Below are positions 38,426 through 51,940 of a stretch of DNA of 64,000 nucleotides, piece after piece. Position 1 is the stretch's first letter, and each line of letters starts with the position of its first letter. Both the position numbers and the translations under genes were made by a program. The stretch is from Octopus vulgaris (taxonomy: Eukaryota). The notes under the pieces are model-generated. The model was not told the origin of the DNA. It saw only the letters and a list, made by a program, of their open reading frames with translations, and did no database searches. The stretch spans positions 106,268,001 through 106,332,000 of the forward strand of contig OX597818.1 of NCBI GenBank assembly GCA_951406725.2. The letters are read 5' to 3'.

Positions 38426-38690
38426 CCCATCTGGAGGCAGGATCAAATACTGCAATAGCTTAGAGTTGTGTTGCATCCTCTGTCTCCAAATGTCGTGGTA
38501 CTTCCACGATATTGTGACGGATGGTTTAGATACACTGTACCAGTGTTGTAACAGTAAACAAGATAACGATGCAGCTGTAATAGCAAAGTAATGAACCAAC
38601 AATCAATATTCCAAACGAACTAACCAACCGAGACCTTCAGACTTCACTGAAACTAACACACAAACTTCACTCCGACTGCTACTATTTATA
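38426..38690 (-). promoter_or_regulatory. Candidate TATA/Inr promoter and first exon
   Basis: TATAAATA at 38683-38690, TTAGTT about 36 nt downstream, CpG-retaining sequence, GGG|gtgagt donor at 38426; could instead be an LTR relic. Confidence 0.3.
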
Positions 38691-38999
38691 ATCACTTGGG
38701 TCAGGCTTAGATAATCTACTCCCTATCAACCCGGTTAAGTATATGTCCCTTTAGAAGCACATATTACCAATTTCAGAAAGTGAGGTGATGGCAGTATCCC
38801 AAACACAGCCATTAACTCAGGTTTCTGTTATTTTCGCAATCTTTACAAATTGGATCAAATTGATAATGATTGAGAAAGTTTCATATCTCAAAGTAAAGAT
38901 GCATTGAGCCACTCTCACAAACATTTAAACTTCTGTTATATCATATCCTGGAAGAAATTGTAAATCTATCATATCTTTCAAAGGAAGATGTGAGAAATT

Positions 39000-39640
39000 A
39001 TGAAGTCTGATCTTGTAATTCTGGACTTAACAAAGGAGGTGATGAGAGGCCACAACAAGAGGCAGAATATTGTGCTGTAGCATACAGGTTCAACTAATAC
39101 AAATGTAGGGTAAATGGGCATAAAAGGAATATGATATGTCTATATATGGCATGGTCTAACAAGAAATCAAGGAGATGGATGGAGCCAATAGGTACTCATT
39201 TTAACTAGAAGATTCTCTGAGACATTGCTTTTGTCAATAGTTGTAAAACCTCTTGTGCATATCAAAATCTCTTTGGTAGATCTAGCTCTACTGAAATGCT
39301 TCTGGTGGCCATATGACAGGGAGAGAGAAAAGAAGAGCAGAAGCAGGTAAGTGTTTATAAACTTGACAATGAAGCCTTTGCTTCTTAAAATAGGGCATAC
39401 TATTGCATTTCCACAAACTGGGATAGATCTCAAAGAAAGAAAAACTGAAGAAATTTGTGGTGATTGGAGCTGATAGTTAGGCACAATGAAAGGGATTTTA
39501 TCAAGACTGGTGTTTCATGTTGCACCTTGCTGTAAAGGATTTCTAATAATCAATGCCAGTGTTTAAATTTCCAGAATCATCTAAGCCAAAATAAACCAAG
39601 TAATCATGGAATGAAAAGAATAGAAATGGGTTGAGGAGCG
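39000..39640 (-). mobile_element. CR1/Jockey-like LINE fragment
   Basis: ISSVFLSLRSIPVCGNAIVCPILRSKG resembles the RT domain 0/1 region. Confidence 0.4.
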
Positions 39641-41779
39641 AGAAAATAGAGAGCATTTAAGTAAGAATTAATCAATGATAAAAGACATTCTGTTTACTAA
39701 GTTCTAACATTAAGCTGGTATCAGTAACTATTGTTGTATTACTTCATTAGCGATTTTAAAAACTGTCAGAAAGATGAACTCTGCATTAACAAATGAAGAT
39801 AAATGTCAGTAATCTACATTAGTTGACCAATAGGCATTTAATAAACCCTAATCATTGATATTGAATTTTCAATCTATCTGTCGGCTCCTTCATCCTTATC
39901 TAAGTGTGTGTGTGTTTACCTCAATTCACATCTATAATATATGTTAAATCACACATTTATTAAATATCATGTACACACTCACACATATTCACAGCCATGT
40001 ATAAAGCACAGCAAGTTACGTGGGATGTAAATACTTATGAGAATAACATGTGCACAAGTGTAGATGTATATTAGTGGATAAGTACATAGATGAATGGTAG
40101 ATAACTATACATCAGCAATATATATGGATGCATTTATGTCACTGCATATATATGCACATAAATGCATCCTTGGCATATTTACACTCACACTCTACTATGT
40201 AATTTCAACAAAATAGACATATACAATTGCATACATCCTCCTCATCATTTAGTGTCTGTTTCCCATGCTGGCATGGGTTGGACAGTTTGACTGGAGCTGG
40301 TAAACTGGAGATCTACCCAAGGCTCCTGTCTGTTTTGGCTTGCTTTCTACAGCTGGACACCTTTCCCAATGCCAAGAAAATAAGCAACTAAAAACACACA
40401 AAGATATAATTTACAATGAAATGCCTTAAATACAGCAGATAAGACTGATGACATTTTTTCGGTAGGCTACAACCGTTGACTGTTTTCTATGTCTCAGGGG
40501 ATATTGAAAATATTTAATTGATGCTATAAAGCTGACCAGATCTATTCAGTTATTAAACTGGCAAGCTTTTTAGAATAATAATAATGGTTTCAAAGTTTGG
40601 TACTAAGCTGAGGGAGCAAGTGGATTACATTGACACCAGAGCTCAGCTGGTGCTTATTTCATTGACTTCAATAGGATGAAAAGCAAAGAGTTTGAACTCA
40701 CAACAGAAGGAGCAGGAAGATATGATGCTAAGCCTTTTTATGATGTGTTAACAATTTTGCCAATAATAATGATAGTAAAAATAAAATCTTTTTTAATCAA
40801 AGGTTGGTAAAAGATTTGAGAATGGTAGAGGGTAAAGAAGTATGGGATAACATAAAAATTGTGTAAATAAGAGAAATAACAAGAACAAAAAAAAACAAAG
40901 AAAAACTCCACAAAAAAGCAAGATCTCCAAAGACTATTTATAGAAATACCACAAAAACTAGAGTCACCCTGATCACCAAAATAAGTCCCCCTCTTAGGTT
41001 GTCCTCTTCATCTGAGCTCATGTTTAGAGTAGGCCTTTTCTCTCAGGCCACACTCAGCACTCATCTACATTTCAATAAATTAGTTAAGAAACAAGCACTT
41101 CCCTCACTTCCAACACCATTTTCCCTTTTTAAGTGAAATGTAAAAAAGGAAGTCAATGATGGTTTGGCTAAAGAAGAAAAAAGAATTTGTCATAAGTCCT
41201 TTCAGTCTTGTCCTCCATTCAACCTCTTTCACCAGTGCTATCAGACAGAGAAAAACCACTTGCCCTTCCTGATCAAGGGAAGTGGCAGGAAAACTTTTAT
41301 GATGGCCTCAGCTGATAGCCAGCACAAACTCTTGGTGTAACTCCACAAGTCAGCAATGCTCAGGTATTGAACCAGTGTGCACAGAACAGTTTCTTTGCCC
41401 TGTGCATGTCTTGGACAGGCCTGGCTGATTGCACTTCCATATCTGCAGAGTTTAGCTCAAACCAGCAATGTATGTAATTTTTGTATGTTGTATATAGTTC
41501 CTGAATTTTTTGTTGTGAAGCTTGCACCCACATGTTGATTGTTCATGAAGGTATTGATGTTACCATCCAGAAATATTCATACATTTTGTTCAATACTTTA
41601 ATAAGATTGTGATTGCTAGTATTTGTTGGTGACAAAGAATTTCTATATCCAAAATGACCTTGACATTCAGTATATGGCACGCAAATTAATTTAGGGGAAA
41701 AAATAATGGGATATTAATGAGAAAATGAGAAACAAAGCACAGGGTTTGATGACATCTGGAGGAAAATGAAGACTTTGGA

Positions 41780-42466
41780 ATCTCCATTATATACAGTATA
41801 TACAATGGTTAGGAAGTCATCAGTAACCAAAGAAAAAACTTTTGAATTAGCATTACAAATAACTTGCAGAATTAGTAAATTGGTAAAAGCTGAGTCTATG
41901 GGTATGACCCTGAGACAAAGCTGCAGTCACCACTATGGAAGAGCCCTTCATCTCCACAACTGAAGAAGGCACAACAGATCAGCAGCCCAATCAAGAGCAT
42001 GCTCATCGTTTTCTCCAACATCTGTTTGAGGGAGGAGATTTGGTGAAAGTGACCAAATCTGTGGAACATGAAGAATTGGATTCTTCACAATGACAACAAC
42101 ACACTCTGTCACTGAACTTTCTTACTCGTGACTTTCTCACCAAAAACAACATATTATCACTTCCACACTTGCCCTATTCGCCAGATTTATCCCCTGTGGG
42201 CTTCCACCTCTTCTGCAAGATGAAAATGCAGCTCAAAGGTCACTGTTTTAACACTGCTGTTGAGATCCAGAGCAAATTGCCAAAGCTCCTCCATTTGCTT
42301 ACAGAAAATGACTTCCAAGCCAGATTCCAAAAGTGACAGGAGTGATGAGACCAGTGTATTGCTGTGCAAGGTGACTATTTCGAAGGAAACAATGATAAAA
42401 CTTAGGTAAATAAGTTAGTTTTTATTAATCATAACTCATCCAGGAACTTTTTGATACCACCTCGTA
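41780..42466 (+). mobile_element. Mariner relic with 3' TIR
   Basis: GYDPETKLQS, KSMLIVF, WILHNDN, PYSPDLSP, GDYFEG; ends GGAACTTTTTGATACCACCTCG-TA. Confidence 0.85.
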
Positions 42467-42794
42467 GCATCACAGTAAAAGCTGTACTGCCAAAAAGACA
42501 AAAAAAAAAAAAACCCAAAAAATCTTTCCAAATGCAGATTAATGGTCATGCAAGACTAACAGATGTCTCCTCTTCTTCCTCCATGTATGCATTGGGCTTC
42601 TTTTAATTATCATCTACCAAATCCATTCACAAGGCTTTGGTTGGCATTGAGGGATAGCAGGAGATGCTTGCCCAAAGTGCTGCTTTGTGGGACTAAACCA
42701 AAACTAAATGATTGGGAAACATTTTACATTTGATTTCAATTAGTGTGTGTGTGTGAGCATATGGGGCCTTATCTTGCAAGTACTTGGTGACCTC

Positions 42795-43200
42795 ACTAGT
42801 GCTGGTGCATCATAAAAAGCATCCAATACGCTCTGTGAAGTGGCTGTCATTAGGAAGGACATCCAATTGTAGAAACCATGCCAAAACAAACAGAACTTGG
42901 CACAGCTCTCTGGTTCATCTGTTCGTGTTGAACTGTTCAACCCATATCAGCATAAGAAAAAATAGTATTCAGTAATGATGATGATGATGATGTTAATGAT
43001 TTATTTATTTATTTATTCATTTATTTGTTTGTTTTACATCCATTTTCCATGCTAGCATGGGTTGGGTGAGTTGTCACAATCCTAGTCACCTCACCTTATT
43101 GGAGGCTACTGTTCCGAAAGACTTGATGCTTCTACATGTCATTTGACTCTGTTTACATGGCTGGGTGCCCTTCCTAATGTCAGCCACTTTACAGGGTATA
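42795..43200. mobile_element. Tail-to-tail pair of RTE 3' ends
   Basis: Plus copy ends in (GAT)n at about 42992; minus copy starts at about 43035. Confidence 0.75.
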
Positions 43201-46200
43201 ACTGGTGCATTTTCTCAGGCTCCAACTCTAGAAAAGTTGAATAATTCTTAGAGACAGGACTGGATTTTTCTCATAACCCTAAAACTTAGTCAACCCTTTA
43301 CAGTATGAACAGTGGATGGAGCAGGGCCTTGAACTCAGTAAAAGTAAATTTGGTGAGGAACAATGATGAAAAGGCCAGAAGTGGGTAACTGAGCGGAGGG
43401 GAGTTGATGTAGGAATAGAAAGTACTCATTAAATTAGGAAGACCAAAGAGGAGAATTGAAGAGAAAAAAGAGAAAGAACATTGATAAGCTACTTGATAAT
43501 ATTTTATTTCTGCTTTCCTTCTTTAGTTTCCAAGCCTGACTTTTAGCTTTTATAGTTCTAATTACTATGTCATTCTATTTTTGTGTTTTGGTTTGGTTGG
43601 GACTGTGCACCAGCCACATACCAAGCAATGGGATTTAAGGGGTTTGCAATGGTTCACATGAACTAGACACTAAAATTACCCAAGTACGATGAACCAGTTC
43701 TTAAATTCTATGACTTATTGACAAAGTATCGACTAACTCCTTATAAACATGCTTAGGAAAGAAGCTAAAAGGTGTTGACTTCAATGGCTAGATGAAATGA
43801 AATACAGGAGACTGGCCAGTGAAAGTTATCTCTACAGATATTCTCTAGAAATTATAGCCAGCACTGATTTTGGTCACAATATTCCATATCCAAGACATCA
43901 GATGTAAACAAACAGTGAGATTGAAGATGAAAAAGGGTAATGGGCAAATATGCCATATTTTGGAAGCTCTTTTTGCTTCTTCATTGGCACCCATCCAACC
44001 TCTCAATCATCCATGAACACATTGTTTTAAATACACACTAAATACAGCAGTGTAACATTATTGGCTATACCAATTTTACATATTAAACACATTTTTGGAA
44101 GCTGGTACATAAATATTAATGACTTGCATGGATGTGGTATTTCATTATACAACCACAATATACTATAAAGTGTACTAAACGTTTTTTAATAAGCCAATAC
44201 CATGTTCTACTGTGTTAGCAACACCCTTTACATCACTTGTTAAGGTATTCTTCATATTCTGCTAGGAATTCCAACACTTGGAATTTACCTTGCCTGATAT
44301 CATTGGAAGAAGTTTAAAATACTTTTCAAGCTCTTTGACAGTATTTTCTATAACTACATATTTAATTTTGTTCAGTTTTTTGTAAAAATTTGTTATAAAG
44401 TTTCATGAAAATATTTGAATTCACATTTAATCACATTTTACTGTGAAATTCACCCAAACCACCATTGAATTGCTTGTTTTACTCATATTTTAGTGTTAGT
44501 ATATTTAATGAAGAGCTACTGTAATAAATAGCCATTCTGTTCATTTAATGCAAGGAATTATTTGCTTTAGTTTTATAGAACCAAAAGTATCTCATAAAAA
44601 CAGAAGAGATGACAGTTTTTACACAAAACTTATATTTTTTCATCAATTTTTTTAACCAAGGAATGACTGTTCAGTAATTTGCCACGACGAGCTTAAGTAG
44701 TATTGAAGTATTTTCACAGTGTTTATTCATAGCTTGGACCTCTATAACAAAGCACTTGCAAAATATGAAGAACTTTCTGAAAAAATTCAGATTCAAAGCA
44801 AGATCAGGATGAAAGCAAACTTTTAGCAACTCCAGTGAGTGATAACCTTTTGAAGCAGGAATTAATTGAAAATCAAACTTTGATGAAATTTCGTGAAGTT
44901 CCTCGGACTGTGCAAGATGAAAGAAATGCTCTTCCAGATTGCTAGAGTATGAAGGAGGCTGAGGAGTTTAACAACAAAACGATGAACTGGTTGTTGTCAA
45001 CAAGAAACATGGCTGTGATTTTTGCACAAAATTTGAGTTCGTAAGGATTAGTGGAATCCATTTTTCAAAGGAATGGAAAAACAGAATGCAATGTTTAAGC
45101 ACACACAAAAAAAAAAAAAATTAGTTTGTTCAGCAAGCATCACATGGGGAAAAGAATGAAAGATGAATGACCGTTTTACAACAAAAGTATGTAATTTAGG
45201 TGTAATGTAACTGAAGAATGCAATTATTGAAAGTATTGATAAAATAAATTAGAAAGTACCAAATGTAAATTATTTGAGTACCAAATTATTTAAGAACCAA
45301 ATGTAAAATTGTTAATGGTCTACAGTATATCATTACCATTGTTACTTGGTTATTTACTTGTTTGTTGGTTTATAACTTGCTTTTCTACCAACAAAACATT
45401 TGTAACCTTAAAGAGAGAACTGATTCCTGAAAAACATGAACCACAACACTACCTATATATATGTAGAGAGAGAGAGACACACACACACACACATGTAGAC
45501 ACATACACACAAACACACCCCAGCCCCAATCTTTGCACTACCAGTTTTCTTTCACCTCCTGGAACCATGTTCATCCCACTCCCTCATTATCATCCCTTTC
45601 CACACTGTTTTTACCAATGACTCCTTTTTCTGTTCTTTAAGTTATCTCTCCTTCACCTCTGCCACACCTCATTTTTAATATTTTTCCTGTCTACTGTAAT
45701 TACCAAGGTTCCCTCATACCTGCTATCACTTCAACACTCCTTATAATTGTCCTTATTTACTTCTGGATCCCCCTCACTACTTTTACACCTTAAACATAAT
45801 CCCTTTACTTTCTGATCTATCCTCTTTCCTGATTCACCTATGGCTCTCACTTTCGAATGTGAAGTGCAGAGATACCTTTCATGAACCACCACTACTATCT
45901 ACCTCACTCCGTTTGTTACTCTACACTCGCATTCTTATGAAATTCCCCACCTCTACCCACCTCCAATCCACTGAATGTCTTCTCTCTTATGCTCATGTTT
46001 TGTACTTTAAGAGTTCATCCTGGCACTTCATCACTACAATCTTCATCTTCTTTCCAGCTACTCACACCCAACCTTATATAACGTGAGGTAACCATATATC
46101 TCCTCAATAACAAGACACCTGAGCTTGTCTCTCTATCATAATTTAGCCTCTCAACACCAGACATGATGCTGTCTCCCCATCTCTAATAATCCTTCAACCA

Positions 46201-46412
46201 TTAAGTCAAGGCAGTCTTTTTCCTTTTCTGGCTTTGTAAGTTACTTGGTGATCTCGTTAGCACTGGTAAAGTGGTTATCATTAGGAAGGGTCATAGAAAC
46301 CATACCAAAGATGGCATTGGAGCTCAACACACCCCAACAGTTTGTCAAATCCTGCTGAACTGTCCAGCCCATGCTAGTATGGATAACTGACATTAAATGA
46401 TGATATATATAT

Positions 46413-46452
<40 letters not shown>

Positions 46453-46463
46453 ATACATGTGTG

Positions 46464-46937
46464 TAAAGTAATAAAGTTAATGCCCGGTCATAGAGTGACC
46501 AATGGTTTGGCATTCACATAGGCTGCAGCTTCGTAGACAACACATCAAACTCCTCTGGGAGGTAGAAAGCTGTTCCTCACCAAAAAATCTTCACACTATG
46601 CCTCTACTTCAAGGGCTACCTGCTGCAAACATGGAACTCTCCATTCACTGACTAAGCCTGGAAGAGTCCTTACAGTCCATTAGCAAGCCAAGGGATAGAT
46701 CCCTTATTCCCTTCTCCAAATAGCTGCTCTAGGGGAATAACCCATCCTCACTAACCCCAAACTTTTTATTCTCTGATGACCGATTGACCGATGACTGTAA
46801 CAGATTTCTACCTCCCAGAGGTGAAGAGTTAAATTTGTCTTCAGACTAGAGTCTGAAGAATCATCCACGAAGCTACAACCTTCGTGGATGTAAAACCATT
46901 GGTCACTCTATGACCAGACATTAACTTTATTACTTTA
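46464..46937. mobile_element. 474-bp element with long inverted arms, each carrying a hammerhead relic (Penelope-like)
   Basis: Arms 46464-46575 / 46799-46937; best motif 46847-46910 TAGAGT-CTGAAGA-(11-bp stem II)-AAAA-CCATTGG-TC-ACTCTA. Confidence 0.7.
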
Positions 46938-46964
46938 ATACTTTACTGCTCTATACAGTGACAA

Positions 46965-47230
46965 TGCTGAGATCTCCTTCGGTCATGACTGACCAAAGGA
47001 TTGCACCTAGAAAGTTACCCTCCCAGGCACAAGTCCAGGCAAGGTTGTTTATGGAAGGCCAGCAGTCGCCCATGCATGCCGGCCTCCCCTCTCCACACGA
47101 CCAGTGTTATCCAAGGGAAAGGCAAAGGGGGCCGATACAGCTTGGCACCTGTGACATCATTGCAACTCATTTCTACAGCTGAGTGAAAATTGTAAGCTCG
47201 ACGCTCTAACCACTGAGCCATGTGCCTTCA
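46965..47230 (-). mobile_element. SINE family A, internally deleted
   Basis: Matches 10091-10432 with the B-box region missing. Confidence 0.85.
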
Positions 47231-47339
47231 CACAGTGACTATATATATATATATATATATATATGCTTATTTGCTTGTTTACTGCTTACAATGGCTCCTC
47301 AAAGGTGGTGACAGCATCAATCCAGGGCAGTCATTCTCC

Positions 47340-48060
47340 TCTGCCTCCAGCATAATGTTTCTCATGGGAGCAGACATGGCTAGCAAGTGTGATATGTGAG
47401 AGGCAGATCGTGTGGCAATGTGGGCACTGAAAGTGACCATGAACAACAAGATGATGAGGGATATCCCCTTCTCTTTATGCAGTCCCTTGCATTCAGTTTG
47501 AAAGCCCTCTGCTCAAGCATCACACACAGACTGCCTTGCCTTCCGATTAACAGCCAGGGCTTGCAACTGATTGAGAGGGATACTGCATAAAATGAGAGAA
47601 AACCTGAGAGGATCATGAGGCCTACTTCTGAACAAGACCACCTTTGGCAGCCAGTTACCCAGCACCCAAATTACACGGCCATCCCTGCAGAGAAAATGAT
47701 AAAGGATGCAAGCTTTAGCATTGCAAATCCCAGACCTCAGAATGACTTTGGTCCAGCCATGTGTGAGCAGGGATACTTTAGGGTGACCTGATGTTGAACA
47801 TTTTCAGTTGTCTGATCTGGTACTGATAAAGGGTCCGGCACTTGGACCCATACAAGACGGTGGATACACAGACAACTCAATAAAGGAATTTTTGTGCTTG
47901 CTCTAAGGTTCTTGTTCTGAAAGACTAGTTTGCCCAGTCTCCTTAAAGATGCAGAGGCCAAGTAATTCTGGCAGATTATCTTTTCATTGAGGAATCCATT
48001 GTTGAAGATCATGCCTCTAAGATAGCAAGATAACTTTAGTTGAGGTTATCATCAGTAAAG
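47340..48060 (-). mobile_element. Second RTE lineage (BovB-like) C-terminus with C2H2 finger
   Basis: ASASLRRLGKLVFQNKNLRASTK; FQCPHCHTICLSHITLASH. Confidence 0.65.
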
Positions 48061-49309
48061 ACAAGCTGATGGGGGGTGGGGTGAGTATAGGAAGGTTGAT
48101 TGGAGAGCTTCAATTTCTCAATGTATATACACATACATGCAAGTGTGTGTGTGTTAGATATATTGACGAAACTGGTATGACTTTGAATCTCTTTAACAAT
48201 TCAAAATAATGACTTTTATTCCTCTTAATTCTACTTCAGTTCATCTAATTGAATATATTTATCATTACTGTTCATAAAAAAGTCTTTATTCTTTTGATAT
48301 CCAATGTGCATTTTCACTTTTTTTCTTCTTACTTTCCCCATATCTTTTCCACGTGTAGTTTCTATTTTCTTTTTGAAACATGATATATATATACATATAT
48401 AAATGTAAGATCCAAGGATGGAGATTTAGGAAGAAGGTGAGCTTCAAGCAATCTGTAGAAAATATAAAAACACCTTTCAGGAACAATAGTGGTTTATTGG
48501 GGTGGAAGGTTGTGGATTTTTTTCTTTTTTGAAGTACGATAAGCTGAAAAAGGATTTTATTTTTCATGGTAGGCAGCCAGAGTTGTTAGGTATGTGAATA
48601 AAAATATGAGAGTTAATGAATAGAATAGATAAAATCTGAGCTAGATACATTTCATAGTGAGCAGAACCTTTGAAGCGGTGAATATGCAAGCAAGGTGTAT
48701 ACTGCAGGCTACTCTTCAGGTCAAGGGTATCTTGATTAAACGAAAGTTTGCATTGTCAGTAGGAGGCACATGTTAATACATGCAAGATTCAATCAGAATG
48801 CATGGAGAGCATGGTTTGTGAAGAGAAATTAGGGATATAAGGGAAAAATAAAAAAATATATATAAACGAGTGGAAGGGTTACAAGTAAAAAATGTGAGGT
48901 CATTTCACAGGTGATTTTTCAATAGAGCCATTTTAACCAAGTCAGAAAGATAGGAATGGGGAGTATTATTTGAATAGGGTAATATGGTGGGAAGTGGAGA
49001 GTATTTGTGGTAAAGAGGAAGAAAAATGTGTGCTTGAAGTGATGGTATAGTAGTCAAATTGAACGTCTAGAGGAGAGGAGGAAGAATGGTAATAATGACT
49101 AAAATCTAAGAATTAAGGAATGTATATTGTCGAGTGTGAGTGTGTGTACTGTACGAACTAGTAGAGGTGTTTGTAGGTGTAAGTTTAGAAAAGGGGTGAG
49201 GATGGTGTGGAAGAAGGCAAATTAAGAGAAAGAAAAAATAGATGTAAACAAGAAATAAGGAGTTATAGGGAATATACTGGTGATTACAGATTTAGTGGTT
49301 GTGTGGATA

Positions 49310-49990
49310 CACTGGCCCAGGAGGGGTTGCATTCCCTGAATCAAAATCAATGCATGACTGAGGCATTGGCATGAGTATTGATGCATCTTTCCAGGAGCAT
49401 ATTACCAAGTTGGCAATAAAATGCAGATGCTTGGCCAGATGGATCCTTCAAACTTTCAAAACAAGAGAAAAAGAAACCATGATGGTTCTCTGGAAGACTT
49501 TTGTCCTCAGCCATCTGGATTACTGCTCTCAACTGTGGTCACCAAACAGTGTAAAATTAATGATGGAACTTGAGGCAATCCAGCAAAGTTACACAAAGAA
49601 GATTGGCTCGATGTGACATATCAGCTACTGGGAGAGACCAAAATAGTTAAGACTCTACTACCAGAATGGAGTGGGGAAAGATATGCAGTAATATACAACC
49701 ATAAAATCCTGGAAGGCCTTATACCAAACTTTGGCATTGTCAGTTACACAAACAGCTGGACGGAGTACCACTGTATAGTACCAAAAATCCCAACATTGTC
49801 ATCAGGACACAGAGCCAGATACTGCAACAGCGTGGGCTTCAAGGGCCCACAGCTCTTCAATATCCTGCATGGCATGAATGTAGGCATTTTTAAAACAAAA
49901 TTGGATCTCTTCTTGTCAAGAGTTCTGAATGAATCTGCCTCAAGGCAAGAAACATAGTTGAGGGCAGTAACATCAAACTCCTTCATCCAC
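49310..49990 (+). mobile_element. CR1-group LINE 3' fragment
   Basis: WILQTFKTREKETMMVLWKTFVLSHLDYCSQLWSP..LEAIQ; KGPQLFN; FKTKLDLFL. Confidence 0.8.
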
Positions 49991-50091
49991 CAAATGTCAC
50001 ATAGAAGAGGAGGTTTAGTGAAAGTGTAGCAGCAAAAATGGCAGTGCCTACAGTCCTTGGACTCAAACTCAAAAAGACAATGTCTGTCTGA

Positions 50092-50170
50092 ATGTATGTA
50101 TGTATGTATGTATGTATGTATGTATGTATGTATGTATGTATGTATGTATGTATGTATGTATGTATGTATG
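50092..50170 (+). repeat. (ATGT)n microsatellite
   Basis: Direct reading. Confidence 0.95.
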
Positions 50171-50184
50171 TTCGTATGTATCAG

Positions 50185-50880
50185 GCCTGCTTCCCTACAA
50201 CATGGTTCTGGGTTCAATCCCAGTGTGCAGAACCTTGGGCAAGTGTCTTCTACTTTAGCCACAGGTTGACCAAAGACTTGTGATTGGATTTAGTAGGCAG
50301 AAACTGAAAGAAACCCATTGTGTATATATATATATATATATTGCGTGTTTGTTTCTTTTTTTGCATCTGGTATTTTATTATTGATCTTCTATATAAATCA
50401 AGCTGTATCCTTTAATTTGCTGCTTTTCTTTACACAAAATGAGAAGGTACTACACTACAGAACTGCTATTTTAACGAGTTATATCTATTTATCACTCAAA
50501 GAGACACACCTGTATCATTGGATGTTCCTGAATCAGTTGTTAAGTATCACACCCATGAGGAATCGATGCTAGATGTCTTGAAACAATTGTAGTGATTAAT
50601 AAAAACTCTTGTATCTTCCATCTTCTGTCTCTCATTTACCATATAAATATATGCATATATCAATGTGTGTGTGTGTGTGTTTGTCCCTCCATCACCACTT
50701 CTCAACTGGTTTTCGTGTGTTTATGGACCTGTAACTTAATGGTTCAGCAAAAGATACTAATAGAATAAGTACTAAACTTAAAAAATAAGTCTTGAGGTCA
50801 ATTAGTTTCACTAAAAAATCCCTTAAATGCATTGCTCCAGCATGACCACAGTCAAATGTCTTAAAGAATAAAAGAATAAC
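50185..50880 (+). mobile_element. SINE family B with about 300 bp inserted into its internal microsatellite
   Basis: 5' half ends at about 50340, 3' half resumes at about 50665; insert contains a hammerhead relic at 50546-50596. Confidence 0.75.
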
Positions 50881-50899
50881 AGAATATATATATATATAG

Positions 50900-51740
50900 C
50901 ACCATCATCATCATTTAACACCTGCCTTCTATGCTGGCATGGGTTAGATGGATGGTTCCAGCCTGATTTGGCATGGTTTCTATGGCTCGATGTCCTTCCT
51001 AACACAAACTACTCCAAGAGTGTAATGGGTGCTTTTTACATGCTACCAGTACGGATGGTAGCATGCTCTCAACTACGATTTCACGAGTGCCATGTACATG
51101 ACACTGGCAATGGACACAGCTACAGTTTCTCTTGGCTTCATGAGTCTTCTCAAGTTCAGCAGACCATGAAAGGTTTCAGTCACTTGTCATTGCCCCCATG
51201 AGGCCTGACATTCGAGGATCACACTACTGGCTATGGCCATGCCATGATTTCACGAGGCTAGGCAAGTCTTCTCAAGCAGAGCATATTGCCAAAAGCCTCA
51301 GACACTTGTCATCGCCTCCTTGAGGCCCAATAGTCAAAGATCATGCCACTGGCAATGATCTTGATTATGATTTCACAGGTGCCATTCACATGACGCTGGC
51401 AACAGCCACAGCTATGACTTCACTTGGGTTGACGGGTCTTCTCAAGCACAGCATATTGCCAAAGGTCTCAGTCATTTATCATCATTTCCGTTAGGCCCAA
51501 CATTCAAAGATCATCCTTCACCACCTCGTCCCATGTCTTCCTGGGTTTATCTCCTCCACAGGTTCCCTCCACACTTAAGATTGGCACTTGTTTATGCAGC
51601 TCCCCTCGTCCATAAGCACCACACGACCATACCAGTGCATTCGTCTCTCTTGCACACCACATCTGATGCCTTTTATGCTCAATTTTTCTCTAAAGACATT
51701 TACGCTCTGTCGTTTATACACACTGACATTGTATATCTAG
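50900..51740 (-). mobile_element. RTE 3' fragment with triplicated ORF-end/UTR junction
   Basis: GTCTTCTCAAG..GCATATTGCCAAA..GAGGCC..GATCA block occurs three times (about 51143, 51266, 51436). Confidence 0.85.
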
Positions 51741-51793
51741 CAAAATGTATGTATGTATGTATATATATATATATACACATATGTATATGTGTG

Positions 51794-51863
<70 letters not shown>

Positions 51864-51940
51864 CATACACACACACCTATTTTTCAGTTTGGATTTGGCT
51901 TGCAAGATTCTTTATGTGAGTTTGTGTGTTGGAACATATT

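Noticed and set aside
44000-45050. Possible DNA-transposase relic (VANTVEHGIGLL on minus)
   Set aside because: A single weak motif; not enough to call.
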